This document shows, piece after piece, positions 1 to 15,420 of a stretch of 64,000 nucleotides of DNA (positions within the stretch are counted from its first letter, which is position 1; the number at the start of each line of letters is the position of its first letter). A program made the position numbers and the translations under genes. Where the stretch lies: NCBI RefSeq assembly GCF_009914755.1, contig NC_060930.1; one strand, 5' to 3'. The notes beneath the pieces are model-generated. The model was not told the DNA's origin, did not search any database, and saw only the letters and a list, made by a program, of their open reading frames with translations. The DNA comes from the human T2T-CHM13v2.0 reference genome, Homo sapiens.

Positions 1-229
<229 letters not shown>

Positions 230-900
230 TTAACCTATCCTTCCTCTTATTTGCAAAACGTCATAAGAAACTCCATCAAATACTTGGCTAAAATCAAGTT
301 ACACTGCATCTACAGTGTTGCTCCAATTTTCCAACAATAAAACCCTAAAGGAAAATCTATTTCGGAATGACTTATTTTCAGAAAATTCAAGTTGGTTACT
401 AGTGTTACGCATTTTTTCTCAAATGCTCAGAAACTATCAGGTTAATTGCTAGTTCTAGAATGACTGCCAGGGACAAAAGCCAAGCCTCTTTGCATAGAGA
501 ATTTCTCCTTTTGGGGGAAAAACAATCACATATAATATTAGGCTTCTTGCTAAAAATTATGCTGAATGAAAATTCCAAAATCAGATCTGAAAGTTCTCTG
601 AGCTTCCTGGGATGTAATTCAGCAGAACCTAGAGATCAGAATTAATTTAAAGTGGAAGATACTCATTTAATCTCCCTTTGATTCTCTTACCTACCCTGGG
701 CTCCCATATCTTCTCAAACATGTTTGTTTTTTCCTTTCCTGTTTGAAGACCAAACTCCTTACTGAAGAAAAGTAAAGTAAGGTAGGAGATTATAATTCTG
801 TTTTGTCACTGATAGCAAATAACATCAGATGATTTTTCCTAGGTAGGTACTATCCTTTTCCTTACTTTTTTTCCTTATTATTCAGAATGTGGCTTTAAAC

Positions 901-1497
901 TTTTTTATTTTATTTTATTTTTTTAGAAATAGGTTCTCCCTCTGTTGCCCAGGCTGGAGTGCAGTGGCATGATCATAGCTCACTGAAGCTTCGAACTCCT
1001 GGGCTCAAGGGATCCTCTTGCCTAACCCTCCCAACTAGCTGGGATCACAGGCTTGTGCCACACCACACCCAACTTATGTTTTATGGGTTTTGTTTAGAGA
1101 CAGGGTCTCATTATGCTGCCCAGGCTCATCTTGAACTCCTGGCCTCAAGCAATCTTCCCACCTTGGCCTCACAAAGGGCTAGGCATGACCCACCGCAGCT
1201 GAAAAAAAAAAATTTTTTTTTGAGACAGGGTCTTGCTCTGTTGCCCAGGCTGGGGTGCAGAGGCATGATCACAGCTCATTGCAGCCTTGAACTTCTGGGC
1301 TCAAATGATCCTCCTGCCTAGGCCTCTTGAGTAGCTGGGACTACCCTAAGTATTCCTGGCTAATTTTTGTTTTTTAAATTGTTGTAGAGACAGGGTCTCC
1401 CTATGTTGACCAGGCTGGTCTCGAACTCCTGGACTCAAGTGATCCTCCAGCCTCAGTCTTCCAAAGCGCTGGGATTACAGGCATGAGCTACTCCAAT
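901..1497 (-). mobile_element. Two tandem AluJ elements (~901-1199, ~1213-1497)
   Basis: T-rich tails followed by antisense Alu bodies with AluJ-type CATAGCTCACTGCAGCC / TGGGCTCAAG and heavy divergence. Confidence 0.92.
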
Positions 1498-1989
1498 AGG
1501 ATTTTCATTCCCATCACTCCACTGAAATGTTTCCTGACAAGGCTGCTATCAATTAATCCTGTGCCAACCCAATGGTCAGGTCTGTCCTGGTCTTACTCTT
1601 CTCAGCGTCATTTGATGTGGTTGACTTCTGTCTTTTAATGCTTTCTATACTTTGCTTTCACAATGCAGTACCCTTCAGGTTTCCCTTCTGTCCTTTGACA
1701 GCTCCTTCTCATTTCGTTGTTGACTCTACGCCTTTGTCTTGACCTCCAAAGGTGAAGGGCCCCATTCTTCAGTCTTTGTCTCTCTTCTCTTCTCTCCTCT
1801 CTCCATAGGAAATCTCACCCAGTCCCATGGTTTTCAATACCCATCTGTATGCTAATAACTCTCAAAGTTTATCTCCAGTCCTGATTTCTCTCCTGAGTTC
1901 CAGACTCATAAATCCTATTGCCTCTTCAATATCTCATGTGGACATACACTAATATTATGATTATGGGTAATAGTAATAATATTAACAGT

Positions 1990-2190
1990 AGCAGCAACAA
2001 TAGCTAACATTTACTGAGAACACAGTATGTGTCCAGTTGTGTTTTAAGTGCTTCAGGGCATTAATACATTTAATTTTCATGTAAACCATATAGCATACAT
2101 ACTATTACCAACCCAGTTTCACAGATGAGGAAATTGAAATAATTTGTTCAATATTCCACAAGTAATAAATGCCAGAACCATGCATTTAAA
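1990..2190 (-). mobile_element. MIR
   Basis: AGCTAACATTTACTGAG...TTTCACAGATGAGGAAATTGA core in antisense. Confidence 0.8.
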
Positions 2191-2590
2191 AATTAAGATA
2201 GCCTTCAAAAACCCTAGATTCCCATCCCTCAAACCTGCTCCTCCCCATTGTCTTATCTACCATCATTCACACCCTTGCTCAAACAAAAAAATTCTCTCCT
2301 AATCTCTATCTACTCTGTCAGCAAATTCTGAATATAACCTGACTCTGACCACAGGTCTTCAATTCTACTGCTGGCACCCAATGCACATCCCCTATCATTT
2401 CTCCTCTAGACTGATAAATGAATAGTGTACCTCCTTACTAGTTTCTCTGCTTTCTACTCTTGTCTGTCTATATCCCCATTGCAGCAAGAGTGAAACACTT
2501 TTTTAGTTTTTAAAAAGCTGTTTAAAATCTAATGGCATCCAATCTCATTTGGAATACAATTTAACCCTGCGACATGGCCTACAGGGGTCT

Positions 2591-3738
2591 TGCTATGGGT
2601 TGAATGTGTCCCTCAGAATTCATGTGTTGGAAATCTGGTACCTGGTCCTGGTATGGTGGTTTTGGGAGGTGAGGCCTTTAAGAGGTGATTAGATCTTTAA
2701 GAGGGACTAATGTTGCTCTTTCAGATGAATTCTGGTGGAAGTAAGTGAATTCTTCCTCTCACGGGACTGGATTAGCTACCTCAAGAGTAGGTTGTTTTGA
2801 GGGAAGGCTATCATGTTTTGTCTCTTTTGCACAAGCTTTCTTGCCCTTCTGCTTTTCACCATGTTATGATGTGGTAAAAAAGCCCTTGCCAGAAGCTGCC
2901 ACCATGCCCTTGGATTTCCCAGCCTCCAGCGCTGTGAGCCAAATATAGTTCTGAAACTGCCTTTGCAAAGATCATGACAGTGAGAGAAATCTCGCATGGC
3001 TGACTTCATCTTGCCTCTAGCCTCACAGGCTGACTGTCCTCACTCATTCCTGAGCGGGAGGAATTTGGAATTAAGTATGATAACAGTCCCTCCCTAAAAC
3101 ATCCCCTCCTCATTTGGGGCTGAGACACCATTTGTAAGACTAATGAGAGGCCACAAGATTGGGATTATGGGAGGGTCCTGAATTCTGCTAAAATGTAGGC
3201 ATAGTTTCCATAATCCCCTTACTGCTCAGAATCACATGGACAGAGGTCATAAGATTTGTGAATTCTCCAACTGATCCTATAGATAACACCACTATTGTAG
3301 AACCTAAGATTGGTCTTCTGAGATGTTTTTCAGACTTTTGCATTCTGGCAACCCACTGACCTCATGACTAATGACTTATGATTCAACAGGTCCTGTGGCA
3401 CACACCCTCCCCACCTAGAGGCAGATTCAGTGTATGAGGACCATTTTCCACACTCCTAAGATTACATCGCCAATCAGCAGCATCCATTCCCTAGTCCTGT
3501 GCCCACCAAACTATCCTTGAAAAACCTTAACTTCTGCTTTGAGTGATACCTCCAGTTCTGTTGCATGGCCAGCTTCACATTAATAAAACTCTTTCTCTAC
3601 TGCAATAGCACAGTCTCAGTGAATTGGTTTTCTCTGTGCAGCAGGTAGGAACAACCCACTGGGTGATTATATTTCTTTTCTTTATAAATTACCCAGTCTC
3701 AGATATTCTGTTATAGCAACAGAAAACTGAATAAGATA
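2591..3738 (+). mobile_element. MaLR solo LTR (MST family), split by LTR8A
   Basis: Starts TGCTATGGGTTGAATGTGTCCC; resumes at 3672 and ends ATAAATTACCCAGTCTCAG..ATAGCAACAGAAAA..TAAGATA. Confidence 0.88.
2952..3671 (+). mobile_element. ERV1 solo LTR, LTR8A/LTR8B-like
   Basis: Starts TGAAACTGCCTTTGCAAAGATCATGACAGTGAGAGAAATC; AATAAA near 3583; imperfect 4-bp TSD GTTC/TTTC. Confidence 0.85.
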
Positions 3739-3997
3739 GCCCTATATGATCAGGCTCTCAGCCACATCTTCAGCCTCACATACTACCACTTGCACTAGCT
3801 CTTGCACAAACAGGCCTTCCTCTGTGCCTTGAGTATACCAAGTTCATTCCATCTTTGAGGATTCTGCAAAGTTCTCCCTTTACTTGGAATGCTTCCCCTT
3901 GAGATTTTTACTTGCCTAATTCCTTCATGTCAGTTAAGATTCAGCTCAAACTTTACCTTCTATGATGATCCAACTCAAAAGTTTCTCATCCCTCTAC

Positions 3998-4421
3998 TGT
4001 CAGGCCTCTGAGCCCTAACTAAGCCATCATATCCCCTGTGACCTGCACATATACATCCAGATGGCCTGAAGCAACTGAAGATCCACAAAAGAAGTGAAAA
4101 TAGCCTTAACTGATGACATTCCACCATTGTGATTTGTTCCTGCCCCACCTTAACTGAGCGATTAACCTTGTGAAATTCCTTCTCCTGGCTCAGAACCTCC
4201 CCAACTGAGCACCTTGTGACCCCCGCCCCTGCCTGCAAGAGAAAAACCCCCTTTGACTGTAATTTTCCACTACCCACCCAAATCCTATAAAACAGCCCCA
4301 CCCCTATCTCCCTTTGCTGACTCCTTTTTTGGACTCAGCCCGCCTGCACCCAGGTGAAATAAACAGCCTTGTTGCTCACACAAAGCCTGTTGGTGGTCTC
4401 TTCACATGGACACATGTGACA
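3998..4421 (+). mobile_element. HERV-H solo LTR (LTR7 family)
   Basis: TGTCAGGCCTCTGAGCCC...TGTGACA, 424 bp; perfect 5-bp TSD TCTAC (3993-3997, 4422-4426); TATAAAA 4286-4292; AATAAA 4358-4363. Confidence 0.95.
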
Positions 4422-4616
4422 TCTACCATGTTTTATTTTCTTCTAGCATTCATTATATCTGAAATTGCCATGTTTATTTCACTGTTTATTTATTGTCTTC
4501 CCTTCCTCCACCATAATATGTAAGTTCCATAACAACAGAGACCATGTCTGTTAAGTTCACTGCTGTATACTCATGACTGGAACAGTGCCTGGCACTCAAT
4601 CGCTATTTGCTGAAAG

Positions 4617-5374
4617 TGAGGACTAAGCTCTGATTTTTCTTATCCTGGCCAAATTCTTCTCTAAGGGGTCTGGCGAGTCATGCTCTACAAACCATATATT
4701 CTCAGCAGATGAGTTTTACTTAACACTATATATTCTGACTTACTTTCCATTCTGACTCTGGTATAGCATTATGTGACAAAGAAGAAAATCAAAATATTTT
4801 ACCCCAAGTTTCTTTGCCATATTCTGAAATGGCCCTGCAAAAAATTTTGTGGGGCAAAATTTGCATCTGTAAAGAATCTCTATTAACATAGCTAGATCTT
4901 TTTCTTCCAGTTTCTCCCAACCCTGAAGAGATTAACAGAGTCTAGCACCTTTTAAAGGTCTGAATAGAAAACATTCGTCATCTGTTGTCTCTAAGGTCAG
5001 CCACTATGAGACTTCAAAGGAACCTTGGTCTCCACAATCTTTTATCTTAACCTGAATATTTCCTTTCTATTGATCCCAGGTCTTTAGACAAACTCAACCA
5101 GAAAATGTTTAAATGCACCTATAGCCTGAAACACCTCCCAGCCCCGCTTTGAGTTGTCCCACCTTTCTGGACCAAACCATTGTATTTCTTAAATGTATTT
5201 GATTGATGTCTCCTGCCTCCCTAAAATGTATAAAAAACCAAACTGCACCTCAACCACCTTGGGCACATGTTGTCAGGGTCTCCTGAGGGCTGTGTCACGG
5301 GCCAAGGTCACTCATATTTGGCTCAGAATAAATCTCTTCAAATATTTTACATAGTTTGACTCTTTTTGTCAACA
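4617..5374 (+). mobile_element. ERV1 solo LTR, MER4E-like
   Basis: TGAGGACTAAGCTCTGATTTTT...GAATAAATCTCTTCAAATATTTTAC..GTCAACA; perfect 4-bp TSD AAAG (4613-4616, 5375-5378). Confidence 0.9.
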
Positions 5375-5506
5375 AAAGACTGAATTCAAATTCAAATAGC
5401 TTTCTCTTACACACTCTCCCTAGTAGTAGTCTATCATGCAGGAAATTTGTGATTATGCATTAAATTTTGTTTTAGTTGTTTTATATAGACAGATATATGT
5501 ATACTA

Positions 5507-5905
<399 letters not shown>

Positions 5906-5984
5906 CTAATATTCCCTATGTTCCATATCCTCAGTAGACTAATGCAGGCTACTGTATCAGAATGACCAGGCTTAGGTTTATGGC

Positions 5985-6150
5985 GCAAGACCAGACTGGC
6001 CAATATGGTGAAACTCCATCTCTACTAAAAATACAAAAATTAGCCCGGTGTGGTGGCGGTGCCTGTAATCCCAGCTGCTCAGGAGGCTAAGGCAGAGAAT
6101 CGCTTGAACCTGGGAGGCACAGGTTGCAGTGAAAAAAAGAAAAAGAAAAG
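5985..6150 (+). mobile_element. Truncated AluS fragment
   Basis: Begins at AGACCAG and ends at GGTTGCAGTG, running directly into an A-rich tract. Confidence 0.9.
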
Positions 6151-6184
6151 CATGGTTAAAGTTTTGTTCTTAAAAAAAGTCTAG

Positions 6185-6728
<544 letters not shown>

Positions 6729-7060
6729 TAAGTACAAAGTTAACAATTTGGAGCAAAATCATGAAATGTCATAAATTCCTTAAGTATCCTGAAACTGAAA
6801 GTTATACAGAATCTGCCTAGTACTGATAAGTAGATAAATAGAAAGTACCATTTCAATAAACGTAAAAAATGAAGTTAAGAGGTAAAGATTCCTGCCCATA
6901 GTCAACATAAGCAGTAGAATGAGGAACACCCAAAAAGACACATTCCAATTTCCTGTCTTAAATCCAAATCTCCCACGCTACTTTCTATAAATACTTTATT
7001 TTCCAACACTGAGAAGAAGGGCTATAGAATCTTCTGTATGTGAAACTAATGAAGCAATAA

Positions 7061-7576
<516 letters not shown>

Positions 7577-8869
7577 TAAACAGGAAGTGCTATAAATTAC
7601 AAGTCTACAACGATGATGATAGTTGTAGTCATAGGAATATGTATATGTGTACCACTCTTCAATCACTCAGCTTTTTCCTGGCTTTCTGTGATATCTAAAG
7701 CAAGCCAGTTTTTCCCTTATCCTCCTAATGTTGCACAATCAAACACAGTATCAAAAAGGGCTGGGTTGGTGATAATGCATATTAAGCATCTAATTAATAC
7801 AAATTACAATAAACCTAAGGCTTAAGGAGTATGAATACATAAATACAGAGTCAACTATGATCACGTGTATATTTTTAAGACTGAAAGGTCAACGTGACAC
7901 AAAGACAGGTGGACACCAAAGATGCTAACGACAAAGCTCCCCTGGATGTGTGCCACTGCCTCAGGGTAGCGAAGGGAGGGTCACGGCAGCTGGTAACTCC
8001 TGACAATAGAGAAGCGGGGTGGTCCTAGTGAGTATCTTACCCCTGTCCCCCATGGCTCTGGAGTTTATCAACTGCAGGATTTGCCAGCTCACAACAGTTT
8101 TCAGAGGAAGAAATATAGGACGATGCAAATACCTTATCTGGATTCATGTTCTTTTCCCATTACTATTAATTTTTACTTCTATTCACTGAAAAGAAGACAT
8201 GTGAAAATAATATATGTCTTTTTCTGGGTTTATTGTTATTTCTTTGAAAAAGAAAGACATTTTGAGAAAGACTGTGAAAACTGTAATGCCCTTTCCACAT
8301 GTTTTCTGATGTGTTTCATCTTTAATCTTATACCCCAGACATATCTGTCTTACTTTGTAATGCTTGTAAGGATTCCAGGCTTTCTGCTTAGTACAGAGTT
8401 CACGTAGAGAAGAAGGTTTCATTAATGATAATTAAGGTTGAAGATTATACTGAAATGTTCAAGAGTAAACTAAAATACAATTTTTAAGCAGGGGACAGTG
8501 TTCAAATAGGATCTCTGTATTTAGGCTTTGAAAAATCCAGTGGTCAAGTCTTTTTTCTGGGTGGGGAATGGGAAAACAAAATGAAAAGGGGAAAGAAAGG
8601 AAAAGGAAAGTAACCTATGTTGAAAGGTGACATGTCAGACTCAGTCTCAGATTTTAAGAAATCTTTTCAAGGTCACATAGAGCTATGTAAGTATTGAAGA
8701 TGGAATTCTAATTTAAACAAAGTCTACTGGTTCCAAAACCCAGGGATCTCCTGGGATACGAAGCGAGGATATTTTCACTCACATCAACAGCACTGACTGA
8801 AGCCTGAAAACATTTGTAGAAAGGATCTAGCTTGAAGAATACTACTACTTGATTCAGTAAGGCCAAACA

Positions 8870-8971
8870 GGAAAAAAAAAGGAAGGAAGGAAGGAGGAAA
8901 GGAGGAAAGGAAGGAGGGAGGGAGGGAGGGAGGGAGGGAGGGAGGGAGGGAGGGAGGAAGGAAGGAAGGAA
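8870..8971 (+). repeat. Polypurine (GGAA)n/(GGGA)10 microsatellite
   Basis: Uninterrupted GGGA units at 8916-8955 flanked by GGAA units. Confidence 0.97.
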
Positions 8972-9816
8972 CAGACTACTACTGGATTGCAGCTTATGGC
9001 AATTTAGTACACAAAAAACTGCTTTCACATACTTTGGATCCTCAGCATAAGCCTGGGCAGCAGAAAAACCGTTGAAGTGGAGAAATGGTACAAGGTGCAG
9101 AGTATAGCTGATAGTTTTTCAGAACTAAGATGGCAAGTAGATAATTATAATTCTGGCAGAGGCATGGGAGTGATGGGACAGTGCATGAGTTCAGTGGAGG
9201 AAGAAATAAAAAGTACTAATTAAAATATCTCCTGTTTCTACCAACAAGGCAACATTTTCAACACTACCAGGAAATAAACCTTTCCGTCATTTAGGTCTCA
9301 ATTAAATGGACAGATTCCTTTCCTTTGGAAACTACAAGGAAGGGTGAAAGTTCATTCTTTCAATCTTACAAGTATATTTATTGAGCATTTACTATGTACC
9401 AGGTATAGTTCTAGGTGCTAGAGAGCTTCATTTTAGTGGGGAAAGATAGAGACAACAGATTAAAAAGACAAAATAAATTAGTAAAATATATTTGGTTATG
9501 TGGTGATCAATACTATGCAGAAAAACAAAACAGAAGGAAGATGGGTGTTTGGCCTTACTAAGGCCTTACTGAGAAAACGGAATAGAAGTGGAGGCCTGAA
9601 GGGAGTGAGGAAATAAGCCATGAAGATATCTGAAGAAAAAAGCTGCCAACAGAGGGGACAGCAAGTCCTGCAGCAAAAGTCTATCCCTTGTGTGTTCAAG
9701 AACAGCAAAGCGTGTCCTGGAGTGAAGAAAACAAGGAAGAGAGTATAGTAAGACAGTCCAAGAGAAGACAGGACACCTGATAATGTGGGGTCTTGTAGGC
9801 TCGTGTAGCAACTGAC

Positions 9817-10439
<623 letters not shown>

Positions 10440-10466
10440 TGACTTTTAATTTGGGCTTCAATTTTA

Positions 10467-10560
10467 ACAGCTCACTGCAGCCTCAAACTCCTGGGCTCAA
10501 GAAATCCTCCCTCCTCAACCTCCTGAGTAGCTGGGACTACAGGCATATGCTACTGTTCCA
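10467..10560 (-). mobile_element. AluJ fragment
   Basis: ACAGCTCACTGCAGCCTCAAACTCCTGGGCTCAAG..GTAGCTGGGACTACAGG. Confidence 0.85.
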
Positions 10561-12134
10561 CGTTCTGGAAATATTCTGAAGGTAAGAACTAAAAGGACTT
10601 GCTGGCAGTCAAGAAGAGGGATATGACAGAATGATGGCCTAAGCAAAACATTGGAATTACTATCTAGTAAACTCCTGAAGACTGCAGAAGATGGGGGATT
10701 GTAGAGGCTAGCTCAGGAGTATGGCTTTGTTTATGTTAAGTTTCAGATTCCTATTAAACATTCAAGTAAAAGTGTCAAGTAGGCCACTGAATTTATGAAG
10801 CTTGGGTTCAAGGAAGTCCAAGCTGGATATATAGATTTGGGAGTGTTCAGCATAGATATAGTTTAAAGCCCTTGAGACTTGATTGAGGTCACCAAATTTG
10901 AGCATGCTTATGTATAGAAAAGAAAAGAGGGTCACAGATGAAGGCCAAGGCACTTCAGTTTTAGAGGCTGGAGGAGAAGGAGGAACCGGCAAAACGCACT
11001 AAGTAGAAACAGCCAGTGGGATAGGAGGAAACCAGAGAAGAGAGGTGTCCTGGAAGTCAAGTAAATGACATTTTTCAAGGAGCAGGGTGTTAACAACTGA
11101 ATCCAGTGCTGCTGCTAAGTGAAGCAAGACAAGGACTCGGAAGAGACTACTGGGCTCAGCACTGTGGTAATAATTGGTGACCTTGACAACGGCAGTTTGA
11201 GGGTGTAAGATGAGGGAAGGCCTGTTTGGAATAGGTTTCAGAAAGAACACAACCACTTCTGGACAACTTTCTTTTTCAAACATTCTTAGATAAGCTTTTT
11301 AAATTCTTCCATCAAGTCCCTTACAATTGTAAAAAGCAAGCAACACTAATGTTAATTAAATGTTTAGTGTATATTATAGTAACATATTACTTTTAGGTAT
11401 GTCAAATTTATGGCATAATAGACATATTTTAATGTGTTGAATGTCTACTTTATAATGCATTAGGGCCTTCTGTACCACATATACTAATTAAACATTTATG
11501 TATATTTTATAAAACTTTTAAAGCACAGATAATGAGCTATAGTAGATATAACACCGGTCAGGGAGCCAGGAGATTTGGGTTTTCTAATACAGCATTGGCC
11601 AAATCTAGAATTTTTTTTGATATTGAGTACTAAGTTAGCAAAGTAATTTGCACTTATACTTTTCCTGTAGGAAAACATAATCCATTTTATCATATGCTTC
11701 CCAGAAACACCCTGTGGAGAAGTGGAGAAGCTGGGTGACTGCCTATGAAGGCAATAAAGAGAATCACAACCCCAAGGGTAAATTTCATAGAACTCAGAGC
11801 CAACACTAAGGTAAAACAGAAACCTTCTAAGGAGCACAGAAACACTGGGTGACACAATTCCAGGCCCAAAGTGTTGTGGGGCTGCTGGCCAAGGTAGCCT
11901 GTGTCCCAAAAAGGGCCAATTTAGAGGTCCTGCTTCTAGGTGAAGGGCTAAGAATGTGTTCTCTTGGGTGGTAGTAGATCCTTTGGAGGGACCTAGTCCC
12001 TCCCCATTTGTTTGCCAATTCCTACAAATTTGGGGGTGGGGAGGTGGTTGCAGGAGACTTTTGAATACAGAATCCTATATGAGATGCTATAGAGAGTTAC
12101 AGAGAAGAAACTTATCACCTTATCCTAGGAGATG

Positions 12135-12670
<536 letters not shown>

Positions 12671-12911
12671 CTCTGATGCATGAAGCCTTCCTCCCAAAAT
12701 TCCCGAGATGGTAAAAGTTCCTATTTTAAGGGACCAGGCAAAACTGCGGCAAGAGAGAATAGCTTCCCAGTACTAGATTGCACAGAAATACATATAACAA
12801 AATCACAGTGCCTTCATAATGCTGATGTTGGTGAGACAGTTTTTGTTAGGCTCCATTGCTGTTTTGTAGGGGCAACATTTTGTCTGTGAATTCCTATAAT
12901 AACAGAGTCTG

Positions 12912-13182
12912 GGCCGGGTGCAGTGGCTCACACCTGTAATCCCAGCACTTTGGGAGGCCGAGGCGGGCAGGTCACGAGGTCAGGAGTTCGACACCAGCCT
13001 GGCCAACATAGTGAAACCCCGTCTCTACTAAAAATATAAAAATTAGCTGGGCATGGTGGTGCCTGCCTGTAGTCCCAGCCTACTCGGGAGGCTTGAACCT
13101 GGGAGGCGGAGGTTTCAGTGAGCCAAGATCACGCCACTGCATTCCAGCTTGGGCAAGAGAGCGAGACTTCATCTCAAAAAAA
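12912..13182 (+). mobile_element. AluSg-like with internal deletion
   Basis: GGTCACGAGGTCAGGAG; right arm reads GGGAGGCTTGAACC, lacking about 17 nt. Confidence 0.93.
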
Positions 13183-13366
13183 AGTCGTACTATATATATA
13201 TTTAAAATAAAAACAGAAGTACTAAGTACATGGAGAGGAAGAATACACCCAAAGAAGTTAATATGATGACCCCAGAAGCTTCACCCAGTCCACACTGTTT
13301 AACAACAGATGTCCCTCCTGTGAAGAAGGAAAGTTGGAGGTCATATAGAACAGACTCATTTGTACT

Positions 13367-13674
<308 letters not shown>

Positions 13675-14089
13675 CATTTGTGCTCTTAAAACATAAAAGG
13701 ATCAAGGATTTTTTAAAAAAAAATTGTAAGAAACTCAAGCTAGACAGAATCATCTTAATTTCTGCTATGTTTGTGAAGCAAGTATTGACTTGGCAGGCAA
13801 ATGGATTGTGGTGGTATGACTTTGTAACACAATGGACCACATGAACAATTTAACAAACAAAGCTAGAATTCTATACTAACTTTATCAGAGAAGAAAAATT
13901 CAGGCTGCTGTGAGGGGAATCAACAGAGACTGAAACCCTGACACTGACAGACAAATGTCCTCTGAAGCCAATATATAACACACTTAAGATTAGTTTAGGC
14001 TGGTCTTGCTTCTAGGTGAAGGGGTGAGAATATGTTTTCCCTGGCTCAACTTACCACACCTCAATGCCTACAGATGTGTTATCACCTAA

Positions 14090-14193
14090 CTGTTCACTTG
14101 TTTCTGTCATGTGTTTTCATGTTCATTTCACAATGCATGCCCTGCCCCTGTCTCACTTTCCCCTTATTCTGGCATATCAACTCGTATTTCCCA
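14090..14193 (+). repeat. Dispersed direct repeat, copy A (partner 17179-17284)
   Basis: Manual alignment gives 10 substitutions and one 2-nt indel over 104 bp. Confidence 0.92.
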
Positions 14194-14229
14194 ATTTCCC
14201 ACTATAAAGGGCATACAGTGCTACCACTT

Positions 14230-15045
14230 CCTCTCTCCTCCAAAATAGCTTCTCCACCATTCTCACTCATTATAGGGATTAGCAAGCAGGCAGCTGCTCA
14301 AGCCAGAAATCAGGAAGTTGGCCCTGAACACACTCTCTTTGTCTCTCTCTCTCTTTCTCTCGCTCACTCATTTCCACCTCTTACCCACATGCACACATCC
14401 AATTAATCGCCAAGTCCTAAACTGGCTTCCTTCTAAATCTCTCAAATCTATTTACATCTCCTGCCCTTGTTGCTACGACCTTAGCCTCCTAGCTAGCATC
14501 TCTTCTCTCATCAAAATTACTAAACAGTCTCCTTACTGGTCTCCCCATCCACTCTGAGCTCCCTCTAATCCACTCCACACCTCTGCCCAGGGGTATGATT
14601 CTTCAAAACGGAGCGGTTTTGAAAGATACAAATCTGCTTGTGTCATTCCCCTGCTTAAGTGGTTTCCTGCCTCTACAGGCTGCATCAGTGTGACCTAATC
14701 TGCTCTTGCCTTTGGTCACTGTGCTCTCTTCTTAACAGGCTTCTCCCAGTTCTTCACACTGGGTACCTGATCACTAAGTGCTGGACCTTCTTTGTCCATA
14801 CCTTTTTGCCTTTCCTTATCTACCTCAGCTCTAATAGCAAAGAGCCAGGCTTAACCATCTAGAAGAGGTTAAATCCCCTGGCCATGTGTCTTCATTGGAC
14901 GTTTTGTGCTTTCCTTCAATGACTGTCTACTTCATGGGAACTAATACTCTGAGAACAGGGATCAGTCATGTTTGTGTTATTCACTACAGTAAATTCCTGG
15001 AGTCAGCACAGTGCCTGGCGTGCTTGATAAGTATTTTGTGAATTT
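14230..15045 (+). mobile_element. L2 fragments
   Basis: CACATCCAATTAATCGCCAAGTCC..TCCTTACTGGTCTCCC..AGCACAGTGCCTGGC..TAAGTATTTTGTGAAT. Confidence 0.75.
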
Positions 15046-15224
15046 ACTCCAGAATCATAAAAGAATCATATGGCTGGATGGAAATTTCCTGGTTACTTAG
15101 TCCAGCCCACTGCTGATACTTCAATTCTCTTCCTCTAGAGAACTGGAGTCTTTCTTATAGCATATAGAATAATTAGTTAACAAATATTAATAAGGAAAAT
15201 GGTTGTTGTGAAAAAATGTAAAGT

Positions 15225-15420
15225 ATCCTACGGCCTAGTGATTACGAGCTTGGACTCTGGAGCCAGACCACCCAAGTTAAAATCCTAGCTTTGCTACTCA
15301 CTAATTATGTGATTTTGGGCTTCTTACTTAACCCCTCTGTACTTCAGACTCCACATCTATAAAATGGGGATAAAAAGGGTACCTTTTTCATAGGGCTGCT
15401 ATGAGGATTATACAGACTGT
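15225..15420 (+). mobile_element. MIR
   Basis: GGACTCTGGAGCCAGAC..TTACTTAACCCCTCTGTACTTCAG..CATCTATAAAATGGGGATAA. Confidence 0.88.

Larger units (their letters stand above)
1500..4616 (+). mobile_element. Fragmented L2 LINE, host for MIR, MST, LTR8A, LTR7 and MER4E insertions
   Basis: L2-type pyrimidine-rich segments (CTCCACTGAAA, CAGTCCCATGGTTTTCAATACC, CTCAGCTCAAA-like) and L2 3' end CAGTGCCTGGCACTCAAT..TATTTGCTGAAAG|ACTGAAT, which is restored when MER4E is removed. Confidence 0.8.

Noticed and set aside
3975-4523. ORFs over the HERV-H LTR as viral genes
   Set aside because: It is a solo LTR with TSD and no internal gag/pol/env or PBS; these are chance ORFs.
8039-8070. Other minus-strand donor/acceptor pairs (here, ~21710, ~39870, ~62105)
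   Set aside because: Weak or unpaired sites expected by chance; no further support.
14085-14200. H/ACA snoRNA pair (both duplicate copies end ACAnnn on the minus strand)
   Set aside because: The minus strand is purine-rich with no convincing hairpin-hinge-hairpin fold. An Rfam or snoReport search would be needed to revive this.
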